64,000 nucleotides of DNA from Octopus vulgaris. Its lineage: Eukaryota. The notes beneath the pieces were generated by a model. That model was not told where the DNA came from, did no database searches, and was given only the letters and a program-made list of their open reading frames with translations. The stretch spans positions 74,586,001 to 74,650,000 of the forward strand of contig OX597825.1 of the NCBI GenBank assembly GCA_951406725.2, given 5' to 3'. Numbering within the stretch: the stretch's first letter is position 1; each line of letters begins with the position of its first letter. Position numbers and translations under genes: made by a program. Positions 40,842 through 54,231 of the stretch are shown in pieces.

Positions 40842-41204
40842 TTATTACCTCCGCCTTAGCGAAAGCATTGTTTACAATCGTATTTATTTGTTTGTCCGTG
40901 GACAAGATATCTCAAGAACCACTTGATGGATTCGAATGAAACTTTCAGAGCTGTTTGGCCTTGTGACTGGCACGAACCGATTAGATTTTGGAACCGATCT
41001 GATACGGGACACGGATTCTGGATTATTTTTCCGGGTTTTTACCAAATTTTTTTAAAGCAGTCCGGTTCAATTTTAGTACTCTCGTTTGTGAGACCAGTCG
41101 CGTTTATTTCAGATATTCTCATTTTAGAAATCATCTCCGGCGAATCGTTGGGAGGACGTTGGTGTTGCTTAGACGGAGGTTTGCGCTCTTTGAGTGCTCT
41201 TGTT
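40842..41204 (+). mobile_element. Helentron-associated non-autonomous element (HINE/DINE-1-like)
   Basis: Starts TTATT; subterminal inverted repeat acctccgccttagc (40847-40860) / gcttagacggaggt (41167-41180), 12/14 match; 3' hairpin gcgctc-ttt-gagtgc; (TTTG)-type microsatellite near the 5' end. Confidence 0.75.
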
Positions 41205-42262
41205 AGGCAATAAATTAGTACTTGAATGTAATAAACAACTAAAAAGTAAACTGGGGTAATTGTGTGTCATCTAAATATTATTGGAGTCATTCATAATTGG
41301 CTTATAACATTGTTAGTGTATAATTAGAATAAGAAATTTAATTGTAATATAATAAAATATTGAAAGTATTCAGCACGAATGTTCGATTAAAGCTGGTGAC
41401 AATATTATTTGTTTAGTTCCGTTTATAACCTCTTAAAATTATGTTTACGGTTCAGGCATAAAAAAATAATTTAAACTGACAACGCTTATATCAGTGTCTA
41501 ATGTAATATTTGCAGAAAATCAATAACGTTTAGACTACTTTATTTCAAAACAATATCATTTATTCTACCAATAAACTGTATTTCCATTGTTGTATTTCTT
41601 CAACTGACCTTTTGACGGATCTTGCAAAAGTTTTCTTCTTGAGTATTTGTTGTCGCTAGTCAAAAGGGTACACCAGAAGTTATACTTATTGTAAAACAAG
41701 GTATCGATCTGGAAGATAGGTTAGCAGGTCGAACAAAACGCTTAGTGGTATTTCTTTACACTCTTAGTTCAAATCTCACCAAGGTCAGTTTCATGGTCGA
41801 TAAGATAAAGTACCAGTCAAGTAATGTGGTCGATGTAATCGACTTGTCCTCCTCCTTCAAAATTGCTGACTTTGAACTCTGCAACAGACCGGCACCCCAT
41901 TCAGGGCGGATGTTTTAGTGTCAGTTACTGAGAGGTCTTGGGAACAAGGTAACCGCCTTTATGCGTCTAAAGGTTCAAGAAAAATTTCAAGAAGTTTCTG
42001 CCGTCTTCGGTGATTTTTTTATAGTGTGTAGGCACGACTTCAGTTTAACAGAGTCAGATAAAGGAAAACTAAAATTACGTAAGAAGGTACCCCGAAGTGA
42101 CCGAATAGGGGGATATTAAGGGAAATTCAGTCCGTTGGTTGGGGGTGGGGTTAAGCTGGTGACGTGAATATGATATCTTCACTGATAAATTTGACTCCTT
42201 GAAGGTGGAGACAATGACATTGAGGGTAAGTATTTAAGAGAAAATATTAGCCCACTTATTTA

Positions 42263-42318
42263 GAATTTTGTAACGAAATCCGAGTCATACGAATTTTGTA
42301 ACGAAATCCGAGTCATAC
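42263..42318. repeat. Perfect 28-bp tandem duplication
   Basis: gaattttgtaacgaaatccgagtcatac x2. Confidence 0.95.
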
Positions 42319-42829
42319 GATCAAAACGAATTACGTTACTACTAATTTCGCCCAAGGCTGATAAGTTAACGGACGTCAGATAAAATTCTTTGGGTCTAGA
42401 ATGTTCAAGAACATTCTAGTTCAAACCTCACAGGCTAACGTTCCCGCAACCACGTTGAAAAGTAAGATCTGTTCCACCCATGCTGGTGCACCACAGAGCA
42501 TGGAGAAACTGCAGAAAAAAAAAACAAATCTAGTGGAAGGAAATGCAAAGAAGAAAAGAGAAAAGTCGAGTGAAGCGTTTTAGATGGTTGATTGTAGTAA
42601 AAATGTATGGAGAGCTGAAGTTTTTCAGTAGGGACAGTGATATCAAATATTAGGGATCCTATCACAGGCTGATGAAACTTGCTACTGGTATCATGAAAGC
42701 CAGTACTTTCTGTTCTATGATCGAGTGGTCGGTAACTAAACCATCCTGTCCCCACTTGGGCAGCTTGCTACTCTTGTAGGATGAGGTCTGCCAAGAAAAC
42801 ACTATGAAAAAGCCAGAAGGAAATAACGT

Positions 42830-43350
42830 CATGTCTTCATCCGATAGGAGAACTTGCGCTTTATCGGAAAGACTTTCGATTTACTGTCATTAATGTGCTT
42901 CAAAATGTACATGACGACGGCGATAGGGGTATAATCGATTAGGCGGCGAGCTGGCAGAAAGCTTAGCACGCCGGGCGAAATGCGTGGCCGTATTTCGTCT
43001 GCCGTTTGTCTATCCTTGTTTGTCCTCTCTGTGTTTAGCCCCTTGTGGGTAGTAAAGAAATAGATATTTCGTCTGCCGCTGCGTTCTAAGTTCAAATTCC
43101 GTCGAGGTCGACTTTGCCCTTCATCCTTTTGGCGTCGATAAATTAAGTACCAGTTACGCACTGGGGTCGATGTAATCGACTTAATTCGTTTGCCTGTCCT
43201 TGTTTGTCCTCTCTGTATTTAGCCCCTTGTGGGTAGTAAAGAAATCGATAGAGGTATAATCGATTATTGAGATGCTGTCCAGTGCTGGATGGAAAATTGT
43301 TGACTTCACTCTCCCTTGAACTCTGTCTAACAGCTGATATGCTTCCGTGT
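42830..43350 (-). mobile_element. Decayed LINE (CR1/Jockey-like) C-terminal fragment, split by SINE-A
   Basis: Minus-strand LLDRVQGRVKSTIFHPALDSIS resembles the post-RT 'LLDRVQRRA' motif; a weak, short match. Confidence 0.4.
42942..43245 (+). mobile_element. SINE family A (two-unit form) with 21-bp TSD
   Basis: TSD cgatag(g/a)ggtataatcgatta at 42921-42941 and 43246-43266 (1 mismatch). Confidence 0.93.
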
Positions 43351-43912
43351 TCATGCCAAGTACCAGTCATTTTGCCATCCAAATCCTTTTACCTTAATAC
43401 TCGTATTTTTCAGCATATCATCCTACAAAACCTCCGGTTTCTTCCATTTCATACTCTCTCTTCTATCTATTCTAAGCTGCTACTCCTATCCTTTAAAATG
43501 GGCAAGCGAAGAGACTATGTTACCTTCTAGTAAATCTCTCGCCCTCGGATACCCAGCTCAGGACGTCCAAATGTTCTTGCATTTTTAATTCCAATATTCT
43601 AGTGGACACCAAAGCTGGAAACAACGTGTGCTAACACCTTGGCAACACTCTGCTTGTAGACTTAAGATGCTGTAGACTCTCAGCTCTGTGGTGCACCAGC
43701 ATGGGTGGAGCAGATCTTACTTTGCAACGTGGTTGCGGGTGCGTATGCTAGACTCTCCTTTGACAATCTCTTAGCCTGTGAAGTTTGAACTAGAATGTTC
43801 TTGAACATTCTAGACCCAAAGAATTCTATCTGACGTCCGTTAACTTATCAGCCTTGGGCGAAATTAGTAGTAACGTAACTCGTTTTGATCGTATGATGTT
43901 TACATACATACA

Positions 43913-44380
43913 TAGGTGTGGTAAAAAGCTTGTTTCCAAACCACATGGTACTGGGTTCAATCCCACTGCGTGGCACCTTGAGCAAGTGTCCTATGCTGTA
44001 GCTTCGGGCCGTTCAAAGCCTTATGAGTGGATTTGAAAGAGAGAAGCGGAAAGAAGCTTGTCATACATATTTGTGTGTGTCTGAGCGCGTGCTAGCTTGT
44101 GTGTGTGTGTGTGTCTATGTCTGTGTGTGTGATTGTCTATGTCTGTGTGTTTGTGTGTGTGTGTCTATGTCTGTGTTTTTCCCTCCACCGCTGCTTGATT
44201 ATCATTGCTAGTGTGTTTACGTCCCCGTAACTTAGCGGTTCGGCAAGATAGAGCGATAAAACAAGTACCAGGCTTAACAAAAATAAGTCCTGAGGGGTCA
44301 ATTCATTCGACTAGAAATTCTTCAAGGAGGTGCCCCAGCATGGCCACAGTCTAATGACTGAAACAAGTAATGATAAAAGA
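43913..44380 (+). mobile_element. SINE family B
   Basis: 'gggttcaatcccactgcgtggcaccttgagcaagtg' through 'aatgactgaaacaagtaa', with internal (TG)n. Confidence 0.88.
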
Positions 44381-44924
44381 TATTTGAATGTGTGTACGTA
44401 TGTTTGTATGCTTAAATATGTAGTAATATAGATACATACGCACATATGTACGTACATATAAACGACATACATACATAAACGTTTGTGTGTACGGTATATG
44501 TGATATTGTGTGCATATATGTGAGCCTATGTGGTGATTGTACACAAATATATATATATGGGTATGTGTGCGCGATTTTCACTCCAGGGACTAAAACCAAT
44601 AAAAGACTACATCTTAGTTTTAATTATTTAATGTTAGGCGTAATGATGTTTTTCCCTAAACAATTATAATGCTTTATTACTATTATGTTAATTTTCCACA
44701 CGCAATTCATCCTTCTCATTAAGATGAAAATTACAGGAAATTATTATGCAAAGACAAGCTTAACTCCAGAAAAGTGCCTAGAGTTATAAAACGTTTTCCC
44801 ATTACAACTGTTTGAAAATGATACGGCGACAGAACAGTGTTTTTGGAAAACCGATTCTATAACCAATTTTGTCCAATATTTTTACAATTTTACTCAAATT
44901 TTATCGATTCAATGAGTGAGCCTT

Positions 44925-45090
44925 TACTTGATTGCTCGACCTGCTAGAAATAACAACCACATTTTCTTCAAATTACACGGGTTATCATTTGAAAGAAATG
45001 AAAAGATACATAGGATACATAGGATGATGTGGTCACCAATGGAATTCATTTGCCCATATATTGCCTAATTCACAGTTGACTGGTAGCTTA
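44925..45090 (+). mobile_element. Old interspersed repeat (family E)
   Basis: 'tcgacctgctagaaata(a/g)ca' motif recurs near 8700, 8830, 38990 and in reverse near 31660. Confidence 0.5.
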
Positions 45091-45111
45091 ACAACAGCAG
45101 CAACAGCGACA

Positions 45112-45190
45112 GTGGAGGCGCAATGGCCCAATAGTTAAGGTAGCGGACTCGCGGTCGTAAGAACGCGGTTTCGATTCCCAGACCGGGGGC
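45112..45190 (+). mobile_element. SINE family D head only
   Basis: 'gtggaggcgcaatggcccaatagttaagg...ggtttcgattcccagaccgg', as at 60947 and 63571. Confidence 0.8.
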
Positions 45191-45535
45191 GGGTGAGCCC
45201 CGCTGTAGTTTTTCACCACAATTTCGAGAATTTGTAATAATTCATTTTATGAACGGTGAATTTCAAAGCAAATAACTTATAAATATTTGGTTAAAAGCCG
45301 TTAGGCTGGAGAATGTTGAAAGCTGCCCGCGCTATTCGAACCCACATCTCCTGTAAACAGATGCTTACAGATGTGAGTTCGAGTCCCACGACAGTATTCA
45401 ATTTTTTTCTATCCAAAATGCTTTTAATTCAATATTTACATGCTATTATTTATAATTTTATTTGCTTCGAGATTCATCGTTCCTTAAAAGACTTATTTGA
45501 AAAGATATGTGAAAAATCAATTATAATGTACGATA

Positions 45536-45676
45536 TAGGCGTAGGCATGGCTGTGTGATAAGAAGTTTGCGTCCCGGGTTCAGTCCCACTGCATGGCACC
45601 TTGGGCATGTGGCTCCTACCATAGCTTCGAGTGGATTTGAGTGGATTTGATAGACAGAAACAGAAAAAATCCCGCC

Positions 45677-45714
<38 letters not shown>

Positions 45715-45975
45715 GTGTCTGCGTCTGTGCTCGCGCATGTGGGTGTGTGCATGTGTATTTATCCACCACCACAACCAACATCACTTTAAAAACAAGTGTC
45801 GGTGTGTTACATCTCCGTAACTTACCAGTTCGGCAAAATGACCGATAGAACCAGTACCAGGCTTTTAAAAAAATAACTCCTGGGGTCGATTTGTTTGACT
45901 AAAATCTTTCAGGGCGGTGCTCCAGCATGACCGCAGTCAAATGACTGTAACAAGTAAAATATAAAAGTTAAAAGA
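45536..45975 (+). mobile_element. SINE family B
   Basis: Head 'taggcgtaggcatggctgtgtg', tail 'gcagtcaaatgactgtaacaagtaaaa'. Confidence 0.88.
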
Positions 45976-46098
45976 TTGGATTAGATTCCTATTTCTTGAG
46001 GTGAAGCATCTTCAGGTTGCCTTTCCATGGTTCTGTCCGTCTGTGTTTGTGCTGATGGGCAGAACTCAATTATTTGAAGTGTGGAGATAAAATAGAAC

Positions 46099-46166
<68 letters not shown>

Positions 46167-47579
46167 TTCTCACTCTCTTTACAAAAAATAAATAAAATGT
46201 TATATGTTCCGATTTTTTTCATGTAATATGTAATAGAATTTCCATTTTAGTCGGTCCACATCAGCTGAGATTTTGAGATTGTACATCTAATTTCTTTTCA
46301 ATCAATTAAATAGAATTCTAGGTATTCCGTACGCTTGTCACGATAGGTTTATAATATTTCTTTAAAAAATGATATGAATATATTACTACATTATTAATCT
46401 TCAATTCTAAATACTTATTAGTTTATAAAAATTCATTTTGAAAAGCAACTATTCACCATTTTTTATTCCCCCACCACCACCACCACCGCCACCACCAAAA
46501 AAACAATAAAATATTGCTATTCTTAATGATATCAGAGCTAAAGCAATCATATTCTAAAGTATTTTTTAAAGATTTTTTTAAGTTGCTTTCTAAGTAAGAC
46601 AGCCACTTATAAATCACACAGCTATTACAATATATTCTTTACGTGTGTAACAAATTCTATCGATTTCAAGTAAAACATAATATAGCTAACACAATAATGA
46701 ATTACTCTTCTATAGTAATAAATAATTAAATTTGCTGCATCGACGATTCTCTTTATTCTATCATTTGTTTTATTTCGGTAAGGAAGAATGTCTGCCATTA
46801 CTTAAATTAAAAAATATAGCTTTGCTATACTGAATCATTCAGCGAAACACATTGCTTCTTAAAAGCGTCTTTAAATAAATATTTATAATTATAATTATCG
46901 AATTTTGTCAATATTTGCTAATTTAGACAAGCAGTGTAATCACGAGGAGAAGATAACAGATCTTGAATAGCAAGCATGGCTGTATGATTAGCTCTACAAC
47001 GCACAATCTGCAGTATGAGTCTGCTATGACGTTCTCGGGTTCACCAATCTCCAAAAAGTGGGTCATATATATTTATGTGTGATCACACACATATAGCTTA
47101 TTGTTTTTAATTTGCAGAAATTAAAAAGTGACTCGGGGGCTGAGTGTTTCGTGCGCATGGTACTTATCAACTTGATTTAAAATCTATTTTTTATATAGGT
47201 TGAATTATATGTATACTTATCTTTGGGTTGTTCAGTTAAAAATCAGACGTAGTGGGTCAAGTGAAAGTGCATATCTCTGCAGCTAATCTTCTTATCAAGC
47301 AGTTGCAAACGCGCACACACGTTGGGGGTGGGGCCTGGTCGAATAAATCGCCATCACTATTCAACAAACACTTATTTTATCGACCTCAAAAGGACGAAGA
47401 GCAAAGGTGACCTCGACTGAATTTGAACTCAGAACGTGGACGAGATGCCGCTCAGCATTTTGCCCGGCATGCTATTGATTCTGCGTGCTCACCGCCTTAC
47501 ATATATATATATGTGTGTGTGTGTATATGTATATGTATATATATGTATATATATATGTATATATATATGTGTATGTATA

Positions 47580-47612
<33 letters not shown>

Positions 47613-47689
47613 GAATATGTATACATATATATATATATATTGATTCTGCTGGCTCACCGCCTTATATATATAAATATATATATATATAT

Positions 47690-48266
47690 CAACCCTTTCA
47701 CATTTCGTTCATTCCACTCTTCGTTCTTTCGTTTCCCCTCTCTCACATTTCCTGGCCTTCTCTTCATGCTCACTTTCCCTCTTGCACTTCACTGTGTCTC
47801 TTTCATTTTTCTCTTGCCCCTCTTTAATTCTTCTATCCCTCTACCTCTCTCTCTTCTCTCCCCACGTGACCGATGTTCAGCCTGGCCAGACCTTTCTTTC
47901 TTCGTTGGATTACTGTCTGTGCAACATCTGTATTCCTTCCTGTGCTTGTTAAATCCTATATCCCTGCCATAAGGCTTTACTTCCACACACGCCAGCCTAA
48001 TTTAATCCGTCCTTAGTCGAAAGATACCTGTTGTTATGTTCTGTTATTTGTATTTATGCAACATTTCTCTATTTTTTCCGTCCTTGTTTTCGTATACATT
48101 CGCTGCTTTCTTCCAAGGAATGTAATGCGCTTAGCTTACTTTTTCCTTGGGACTGACCAGATTGGAGCTCGACTGAGGATAGAAAACTCTGAATGATCCC
48201 TCCTTGTATCGTGTCTGGATATTTCGTTTCCCCTTTTTTGTTTCTTGATGTTTTGCGTTTTTGTCC

Positions 48267-48272
<6 letters not shown>
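47690..48272 (+). mobile_element. Pyrimidine-rich interspersed repeat bounded by (TA)n; possibly a Penelope-type terminal repeat
   Basis: Sharp (TA)n boundaries on both sides; family identity is from recollection only. Confidence 0.3.
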
Positions 48273-48332
<60 letters not shown>

Positions 48333-48336
<4 letters not shown>

Positions 48337-48671
48337 TTTCTACTCTAGGCACAAGGTTCACAATTTTTGGGGAGGACCCAATTCGATTGGATCGACCCAG
48401 TATGCAACTGGTACTTAATTTATCGACCCCGAAAGGATGAAAGGCAAAGTCGACCTCAGCGCAATGTGAACTCAAGGGGCTAAACACAGAGGGGACAAAC
48501 AAGGACAGACATAAGTATTAAGTCGATTACATCGACCCCAGTGCGTAACTGGTACTTAATTTATCGACCCCAAAAGGATGAAAGGCAAAGTCGACCTCTG
48601 CGCAATTTGAACTCAGAACGTGAACGCAGACGAAATACCGCTATGCATTTCGCTCGGCGTGCCAGCTTGCC

Positions 48672-48672
<1 letters not shown>
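48333..48672 (-). mobile_element. SINE family A, two-core form
   Basis: Two cores 'actggtacttaatttatcgacccc.aaaggatgaaaggcaaagtcgacc' separated by the spacer 'aaggggctaaacacagaggggacaaacaaggacagac'. Confidence 0.9.
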
Positions 48673-48715
<43 letters not shown>

Positions 48716-49224
48716 TAAATTTAAATAAATGATATACAATGCAATAAATACTTTTGCATTATATATGTAATATTTGAATTAGAGACTATTCACTTTAAAG
48801 TGTTTTGTTATGCGCATGATCCCCTGGTTCATGAAAAATTGTCTTGCATGAAACAGGTCTGCTATTTATAAAACCGTTTTGTGCTTTAAGGAAACAAGCA
48901 AGTAATTCCATTTCATTGTTTTTCAGTAGGAGAGCCTCAAGGGATGTGGTCGGTCGGTTTGCAAAATTATTTGTCCAGTTTTAAGGTAATTACTTTGCTA
49001 TGTTTTTTTGTGGATATTGCATAAGTGATATTTTTTGTGACTTATGGGGTAAAAATAATACTATGTTTATGTTCCAATGATTGGTGTTTATTCAGTGCTG
49101 TGTTATCCGGCATATAATTCGACATAGTATATAATGTAAACATGTATTGTAAACATTCAAACGTCTTCACAATCTTTTCAAATCTTGTTGCATTTTATAT
49201 GGACTTTTTAGTACTCTAAAGTTG

Positions 49225-49308
49225 TCTTGGCGTATAAATCGACTTACTCTTTTTTGGGTGTAAAATTTTGGTCTGAAAAAATCGACTTGCATGACGGAAA
49301 ATACGGTA
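49225..49308. mobile_element. pogo/Tigger-like MITE end
   Basis: Ends 'cggaaaatacgg-ta' with subterminal 'cgtataaatcgac'; only one end seen. Confidence 0.4.
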
Positions 49309-49695
49309 AAAGAGACCCGTCGGTTTTCTAATTTTAAATATGCATTGTTCAGTTCGTGCAATTGTTCGAAGAATTTCTTATGAGGTGAGTATAACATTGA
49401 TTTTAATAAGCTACATGTTGAATATAGGCAGTTTAAATTTCATGAGTTTAGTAAAATTATCAGTATATATGTTGAATATTTTAATAATGGCAACCTAATA
49501 CCATCTTAATGGCCCCCTATATGCCTTAAAATTGGAAAGGACACATTATATTATGTCTTCCTATAAAATATAATGATTTTCGACAAATCTTTCCTTTCAT
49601 TTAATGTAAATTCACCATGCTGGAGACGTTGTAATTATTTGTGAAATCTGTGTCAGTCGCCGTCTGGTGTCTAAATCGATATTATCGCAGTTGTC

Positions 49696-49734
<39 letters not shown>

Positions 49735-49759
49735 GTGTGTGTCTGTGTCTGTGTGTGTA

Positions 49760-49796
<37 letters not shown>

Positions 49797-50599
49797 GTGT
49801 GCATGCGTGCGTGTGTTTGTGTGTCTTTGGGGGTGGTCTTCGTTGTCTTCACTAATAAAACTTAGAAAAAGGAATTAAACGGAAATGGTGATGACGACGA
49901 TGAGTGACGAAAAATAAAAGAGGTTACAAATAAAACAACATCTAAAACATATATTTCAGCAACCTATAATTTTAAGTGCTCATCGACAAAGGAAATAAAT
50001 TTTGTTTTCTTTTTAAAAAAAAAAATTCCTAATAAATTTTCATTAAAAATTTTGACATTTATTAATAAGGGCACAACTGCGTCGCACGTTCATATTTTAC
50101 AGACAAGTAGGTTGCTAAACTTAACGGAAACAACAGTAAGTGCGCTTAAATAAAGGAAGTCTTTATGAAAGCAATTCTCAGACAGAACCTTAACGTAAAT
50201 GTGAAATGTTTTCATCAGAAAAATCAATTTTCTTCAATGACAAGTTGAATCTCAGACATTTTACTCTGCTAACTGGATTGTTAACATCTGGTCTCGTGTG
50301 TTTCAATGACTACCTGGGGAGAATCTGGTTGTTAGTATTCAATTTATTATCGTAAAACAAATTTACATGGAGTGTATGGAAAAAAAAATGTGTCAACATA
50401 TCTCGCATGCATACACACACACACACACACATATATACATGCGTGTGTATGTAAGTGCGTGAGTGTATGCGGATGTAGTTTACTGTTCTGTTAAGGTATG
50501 ATCAACTAAAAAGTACTCCATCCTGTGAGTGGTAAATATTATTTAATGTACGCTGTAAATTAGTAATTATTAGTATATATTTATATAGATTTTTAGGAG

Positions 50600-50980
50600 C
50601 GGAGAAGTCAATTATATCGATCCTAGTACTTGAATGATTATTATTTTATATTCCCTGAAAGGATGGAAGGTAAAGGCAGCGACGCAAAGACGGACGAAAC
50701 GCTCCTAAATATTTGGTCCGACATGCTAATAGTTCTGCCAGCTCACCGCCTTTATTGAAATAATAATAATAACCCTTTCTTCTGAAGGTATAAGGCCTTG
50801 AAATATGCGGGGAGAGGACTAGTCGATTATATCGACCCCAGTGTTTTACTGGTACTTACTTTATCGACCCCGAAAGGATTAAAAATAAAGTTGACCTCGA
50901 CGGAATTTGAACTCAGAACGTAAGGATGGACGAAATGCCGCGAAGCATTTTGCCCGACGTGTTAACGATTCTGCCGGCTC
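50600..50980 (-). mobile_element. Two tandem SINE-A copies
   Basis: Reverse heads near 50750 and 50980; core at 50820-50920. Confidence 0.85.
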
Positions 50981-52437
50981 CCGGAATCTCGTCGGTGGGG
51001 GTTGTGCCACCAGCAAGTTAAGAGACACCGTCGGTGGGAATTGTGCCTCCGACGGTAGAAGTGACTACCTCGTTCCCGAAGGAAGTCGAATTATTTGTCT
51101 TCTTCTACAGAGGCGAAGAGGTGGAGAAGGTGTTGGAAAAGCACCATAAAGAAGTACCTGTAGCTTGCACGCGGGAACCCGAATGACCTCCGCAGATAGC
51201 CGTGGAGGTCATAACGTTGCCCGTGTTGCGTAGGCTGGAGGGACTCAATGAGGAATATCGCTTTTGGTCGGGCGACGCCGATACGGTATCTGTTTTGTGC
51301 TTGAATGAGACTTCCTACACTTACTTCATCCCGTTCATACTCTTAAAGGACGGTAAATGATCTATACTATATTTTCATGTCAATAAGGATTTGTGAACCA
51401 GAAATGTTTTAGTAGAATCAAACACTTAATTAATACATATTTGCCTTTTTTTTTATCCTCAGGAGGATAAATATATATATATTGGACCATAGAAGGTAAA
51501 TGTTTGTAACTAATAACATCAAAGCATTTAAATGTTGCTCTACCATTTCTTCTGATCTCCGATCCTGAATATTGTCATGATTCTAACGATTGTACTAAAT
51601 AAACTGTTACTGTTGTTGTGGTTATTGCTTAGCAGTTAATCACTTCTGATTATGTACAGTTTCCATCGTCGTCTATGCTGTGCCTTATTTCAAACATAGT
51701 GCGTCTAGTTTTACATTATCTAACGTGCATCTTCCTTTATAAGATAGTGGCGAGTAATTTGAGAGTTTTGCTTACTATGATCGACATGTCAAGCAAGCAT
51801 ATAGGAGTTATTCTCCACCCCTCTCGCTCTCTCTCTCTCTCTCATTGATTCATACTGAATGAATATTTTCTGAACTATTGGTTTCTGGAAATGTATAACA
51901 TTAATATTCTTTATACATTTTTGATTATCGCAATACAAGTATAACATTTCACTTCAAAGAAACTATTCTGATTCCTGCTTAAAAAAAGTTAATTCACTTA
52001 ATTTATTCAACAAAAAATATTTGAGAAATGCATGAACATCACACCATACCATTGTCAATCGTTAAAATTATTTTCTTCTTCTTGCTCTCAGGAGGATAAA
52101 ATGAAGAAAATGTTTTATAAAATTTCATTTCTTTTTCCTTTGTCTTTTATTTTTCCCCAAGAATTTACTGACATTTTTCTTTTTCTGGTGTCTCTGTAAA
52201 GAAACAGGCAACAACAAATATAAAAAAAGCAGCAACAACAACAACTACAAGAACCATCATTATCATCATCATCATCAGCATCATGAACAACAATAAGTAA
52301 CAAAATGTAAAACAAAACCAGCCAAAATATTTGATAAAACATTTAGAAAAAAATATTTTCAAAAAAGCTTCTCTTCTCAGAAATGTCATCTAAGCATAAG
52401 TTTTGTCAGAAGAATCAATAGGAACCGAAAAAGCGAT

Positions 52438-52447
52438 ACATATACAT

Positions 52448-52508
<61 letters not shown>

Positions 52509-52529
52509 TATATGTATGTGTATGTACAT

Positions 52530-52562
<33 letters not shown>

Positions 52563-52882
52563 CGTACACACATATATATATACAAATATATATATATGAC
52601 ATATACATACACATTCATATGAACATATGAACATATACATAATTATATATACACATATATATACACGTATATATACACACATATATGTGTATGCATAGGC
52701 GCATATATATGTATATAAATATACACACACGCATATATATACATGTATTTACATGTATATATATATATAGATATATAAATTTATATATATATATATATGC
52801 ATATGTATGTATATATGTATATATACATGCATATGTATATGTGTACACACACACATATATATATATAAATATATATATATTT

Positions 52883-52913
<31 letters not shown>

Positions 52914-53030
52914 ATTATGTATACATACGTGTGTCTGTATTTATCTATAACTATATATATTAAATATTATGCACATACAAACACAAACACACAGGCATAC
53001 ATACACTCATACACACACACATATATATCC
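52438..53030. repeat. (TA)n/(CA)n low-complexity tract
   Basis: Directly visible. Confidence 0.93.
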
Positions 53031-53529
53031 ATATATAAGGGGAGAGAGAGCGACAGAGAGACGCAGAAAGAGCGAGAGAGGAGAGAATAAAAAGAAACAA
53101 GACAAAATAATTTTCGATAACAGAATACTGTCCATGATATAAATCTTGATAAATATATATATCAAATTACTGTACATCCTTCTTCAGACATTTTCACATT
53201 TCAATTTTTCATTATATCAATCTTACGTTATTTCAAATGCTTCAATACTGAAATTTTCTGATATACGTTAAGAGTAATATAATCATGTCGTCCTTACTTT
53301 TCGTTTAACCTTTCTTACTGTTTTGCTGTTTTATTATTTTTATTTTTTAGATTGGGTTCAATCATTGGTTACCGTACTGCTATGGTGTGTGGTAACGCCT
53401 TGAAGATGTTATTATCGACCATATTGATCTCAGTCTACTATACATTTTATCGCTCGACATTTATCGAATCGCTAAGTTACGCTATTTTGATCCCATACTT
53501 GCTGCACAACTTTAATCAAAATCACAAAC

Positions 53530-54060
53530 AAGGTGGGATTGCAAAGGAGTAATTCACTTTGAATTGTTACCACCTAATGCAACAATCAATGCTCAAGTCT
53601 ACTGTCAGCAATTAGAGCGTTTAAATCAAGCTTTGAAAAAAATAGAGCCGCTTTAGTGAATCGAAAAGGAGTGACGTTTCATCAGGACATTGCCCCCCCC
53701 CCCCCCACTGCAAAGATCACATCACAGAAGATCGAAGAGCTTGGTTGGAAAAAATTTCTCAGCCACCTTATTCTCCCGACATTGCTCCTTCAGACTACCA
53801 TTTGTTTCGTAGTTTACAGAATCATTTTGGAGATATAACTTTCGCAAGCCATGAGGAGGTCGAAACTGACATTTCAGAGTTGTTCGCTTTGAAACCAAAA
53901 GAGTTTTACATTGATGGTATTAAAAATCTTGTAAATAGATGGAAGGAAGTCATAGATAATCAGGGAAAGTATATCGATTATTAAATTTCAAATAAATATA
54001 ACATTTGATCACTTGTCTTCTTTATTAAAATTCGGACAGAACTTATGGGATGATCTGATA
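53530..54060 (+). mobile_element. Mariner 3' fragment (catalytic domain plus right TIR)
   Basis: WDCKGVIHFELLPPNATINAQVYCQQLERL, NRKGVTFHQD, PPYSPDIAPSDYHLFRSLQN...RWKEVIDNQGKYIDY*; terminus 'cggacagaacttatgggatgatctga-ta'. Confidence 0.92.
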
Positions 54061-54231
54061 TATGGCAGCTTCCTTAGTAGTTTGCTTCCCAATAACATGG
54101 TCCCAGGTTCAGTACCAATGCGTGGGACTCTGATGAAGTGCCTCGTGCTGATCAAATCATTGTGAGTGGATTTGGCAGACAGAAAATGAAAGAATCACGT
54201 TGTATATGCACTCACACGCACACACATATAC

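Larger units (their letters stand above)
42313..43896. repeat. ~190-bp inverted repeat pair (42313-42499 / 43683-43896) enclosing about 1.2 kb
   Basis: Arms are reverse complements with few mismatches and one ~28-bp indel; each has the internal palindrome ctagaatgttc-NN-gaacattctag. Confidence 0.92.

Noticed and set aside
42263-42318. 28-bp direct repeat of CRISPR-like length
   Set aside because: Only two abutting copies, no spacers, no cas genes, eukaryotic context
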